From Eledone cirrhosa (lineage: Eukaryota): a stretch of 64,000 bases of DNA. Under the pieces are notes generated by a model, which saw only the letters and a program-made list of their open reading frames with translations, was not told where the DNA came from and searched no databases. The stretch lies in NCBI GenBank assembly GCA_964016885.1, contig OZ024740.1, positions 403,744,001 through 403,808,000 on the forward strand, written 5' to 3'. Positions 60,994 through 64,000 of the stretch are shown here, piece after piece; positions within the stretch are counted from its first letter, which is position 1, and each line of letters opens with the position of its first letter. The position numbers were made by a program, and so were the translations under genes.

Positions 60994-61188
60994 GTGAGGT
61001 TTCTTTACAAAATGAAAAATAACCGAGGTGTCCTACACGAGTGAAAGTAGAAAGAAAAAAAGATGAAATCGAAAATGCAACTGGAGTCTTATTTTTTTTT
61101 AAATATATATATTCATTTGGTTCCTTTAGCGGTTTCGCAGTTCTGCTTTTCAAAAGTAGAGTTGAGATGGAGGGTCTGTGGTTTTTCT

Positions 61189-61226
<38 letters not shown>

Positions 61227-61573
61227 ATACTTTGGGAGGGTCATGTTGCCAATAAGAAACACACGCACCAGACAAATTCAGAAACGAAATATATATATAT
61301 ATATATATATAAAATCTTTTCCTGGGTCCTGTATTTTTGTTGCTCTAGTGATGCGGCTGGACTGCCGACCGCTATATCTGATTTGCTAAGCTGTCTGAAC
61401 GTAATGTTATTACTCTGGCGTCTTTTCTCATCTGAGTGCTCAAGCTACAGACCGATTATGCATATACGCTAGCTTGGCCGTATTCTAAAGCTTCGTCAAT
61501 GCTGTACTAAAATTTATATATATATATATATATTGCCGATATCCTGTTTACAAGTTGTCCGTCCACTGTGTGG

Positions 61574-62859
<1,286 letters not shown>

Positions 62860-62862
<3 letters not shown>

Positions 62863-62975
62863 GTGCGGCTGAGTGGTTAGAGAATTGGATTCGCTATCGT
62901 AAGGTTGTGAGTTCGATTCCTGGACCAGGCGATGCGTTATGTCCTTGAGCAAGACACTTTATTTCACGTTGCTCC
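62860..62975 (+). mobile_element. tRNA-derived SINE head with conserved central domain (Meta/CORE-like)
   Basis: ggctgagtggttag A-box, gagttcgattcc B-box, tgtccttgagcaagacacttta. Confidence 0.7.
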
Positions 62976-63519
62976 TTCTACGTGGAGTTGCGATCGATAG
63001 ATAGTATTAGCAATTGGAAAGACCAACGGAAACATTGTTCCCTCGGTCCGATTTGACGAAAGTCGATCGTTCCTTTAATATATATATATATTATATATAT
63101 ATATATATAATATATATAAATATAAATAAATATATATATGTGTATATATATATATATGGGATTTTCTCATCTCAGTTAATGTTTCTCACATTAAACCTGT
63201 TTTAAGCTGATTCATCAAAATATTGATTAGGAATCTATTATTGCCTTCGTCTTTCTTCTGAAATGTATATTCTGTTTTTGTACCTTATTTTGTTTTGTCG
63301 TCTACTCTATTCATTAATATATAGAAAGACACTATTGTTAATTATTTAATATTGATCTATTCATTATTTCCTTATTCATTATTTCCGACACTATTAACAG
63401 CAACTTTGGCCAGTGTCATATTCTATTATATCATTAAAGCTGCTTACGTATTCTTCTATATTTCATTTCTACAACCAAATGTATCCTTTTTCTCTCATTG
63501 TTTTAAAAGTTCAAGGGGG

Positions 63520-63737
63520 GTGGGTTGGCAGTATCGGTAGTGAGTCTGACACCATGCTTCTCAGCATAGAGTTACGGCTCTTTATGATCTGAATTCAAAT
63601 CCCGCTGAGGTTAACTTTGCCTTTCATCTTTACAGGGTCGATAAAATATAGAACCAGTAATGCACTGGGCCGATTTAATCGACTTTCCCCTCCCCTTCAA
63701 ATTACTGGCCTTGTGCCTATACTAGAAATCATTATTT
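63520..63737 (+). mobile_element. Nin-domain tRNA-SINE, near full length
   Basis: A/B boxes, Nin core and tail. Confidence 0.8.
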
Positions 63738-64000
63738 TAAAAGCTCAAAGCTCGCTTCACACTACAACTGACGAGAAAGTAGGATCTATTTTCTATCTCA
63801 GCTCATTTAACAGCTACTTACAACTTCCACTCGCACTTACGCCAGGATCATTAGGTGTAAGAAAGGTCGGACTTATTTCGGAGTGTGGCAGTTTTCACCA
63901 CTTGTCTTGCTTTGACCTGACCCGATGAACCTCAAAAGCATTCCTAATGTAGAGACGCAGCAGCAGCAGCCGATTACGACAACTTCAAACGAGTTTCGAG

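Overview
Eukaryotic, AT-rich, microsatellite-saturated intergenic or intronic DNA. It is probably cephalopod (octopus-like), inferred from the Nin-domain SINEs and the dense (TA)n/(CA)n tracts. I see no host protein-coding gene; most ORF-track entries are translated microsatellite. The window is a nest of transposable elements. It holds at least seven Penelope-like (PLE; RT + GIY-YIG) coding fragments and many PLE pseudo-LTRs carrying minimal hammerhead ribozymes, often as fold-back palindromes. There is a near full-length RTE LINE with two frameshifts and three C2H2 fingers, plus two short 5'+3' bipartite RTE derivatives. Also present are Tx1/L1-like, R4-like and Helitron fragments, an internally deleted mariner with 103-bp TIRs, a 7-kb hAT shell with an 8-bp TSD, and tRNA-SINEs. 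The two dominant structures are an 11.5-kb inverted-repeat unit (3.5-kb arms) whose inner junction is a PLE 5' truncation, and an 8.2-kb array of a self-complementary 16-mer abutting a ribozyme-bearing pLTR. All calls come from reading the sequence; no database search was run.
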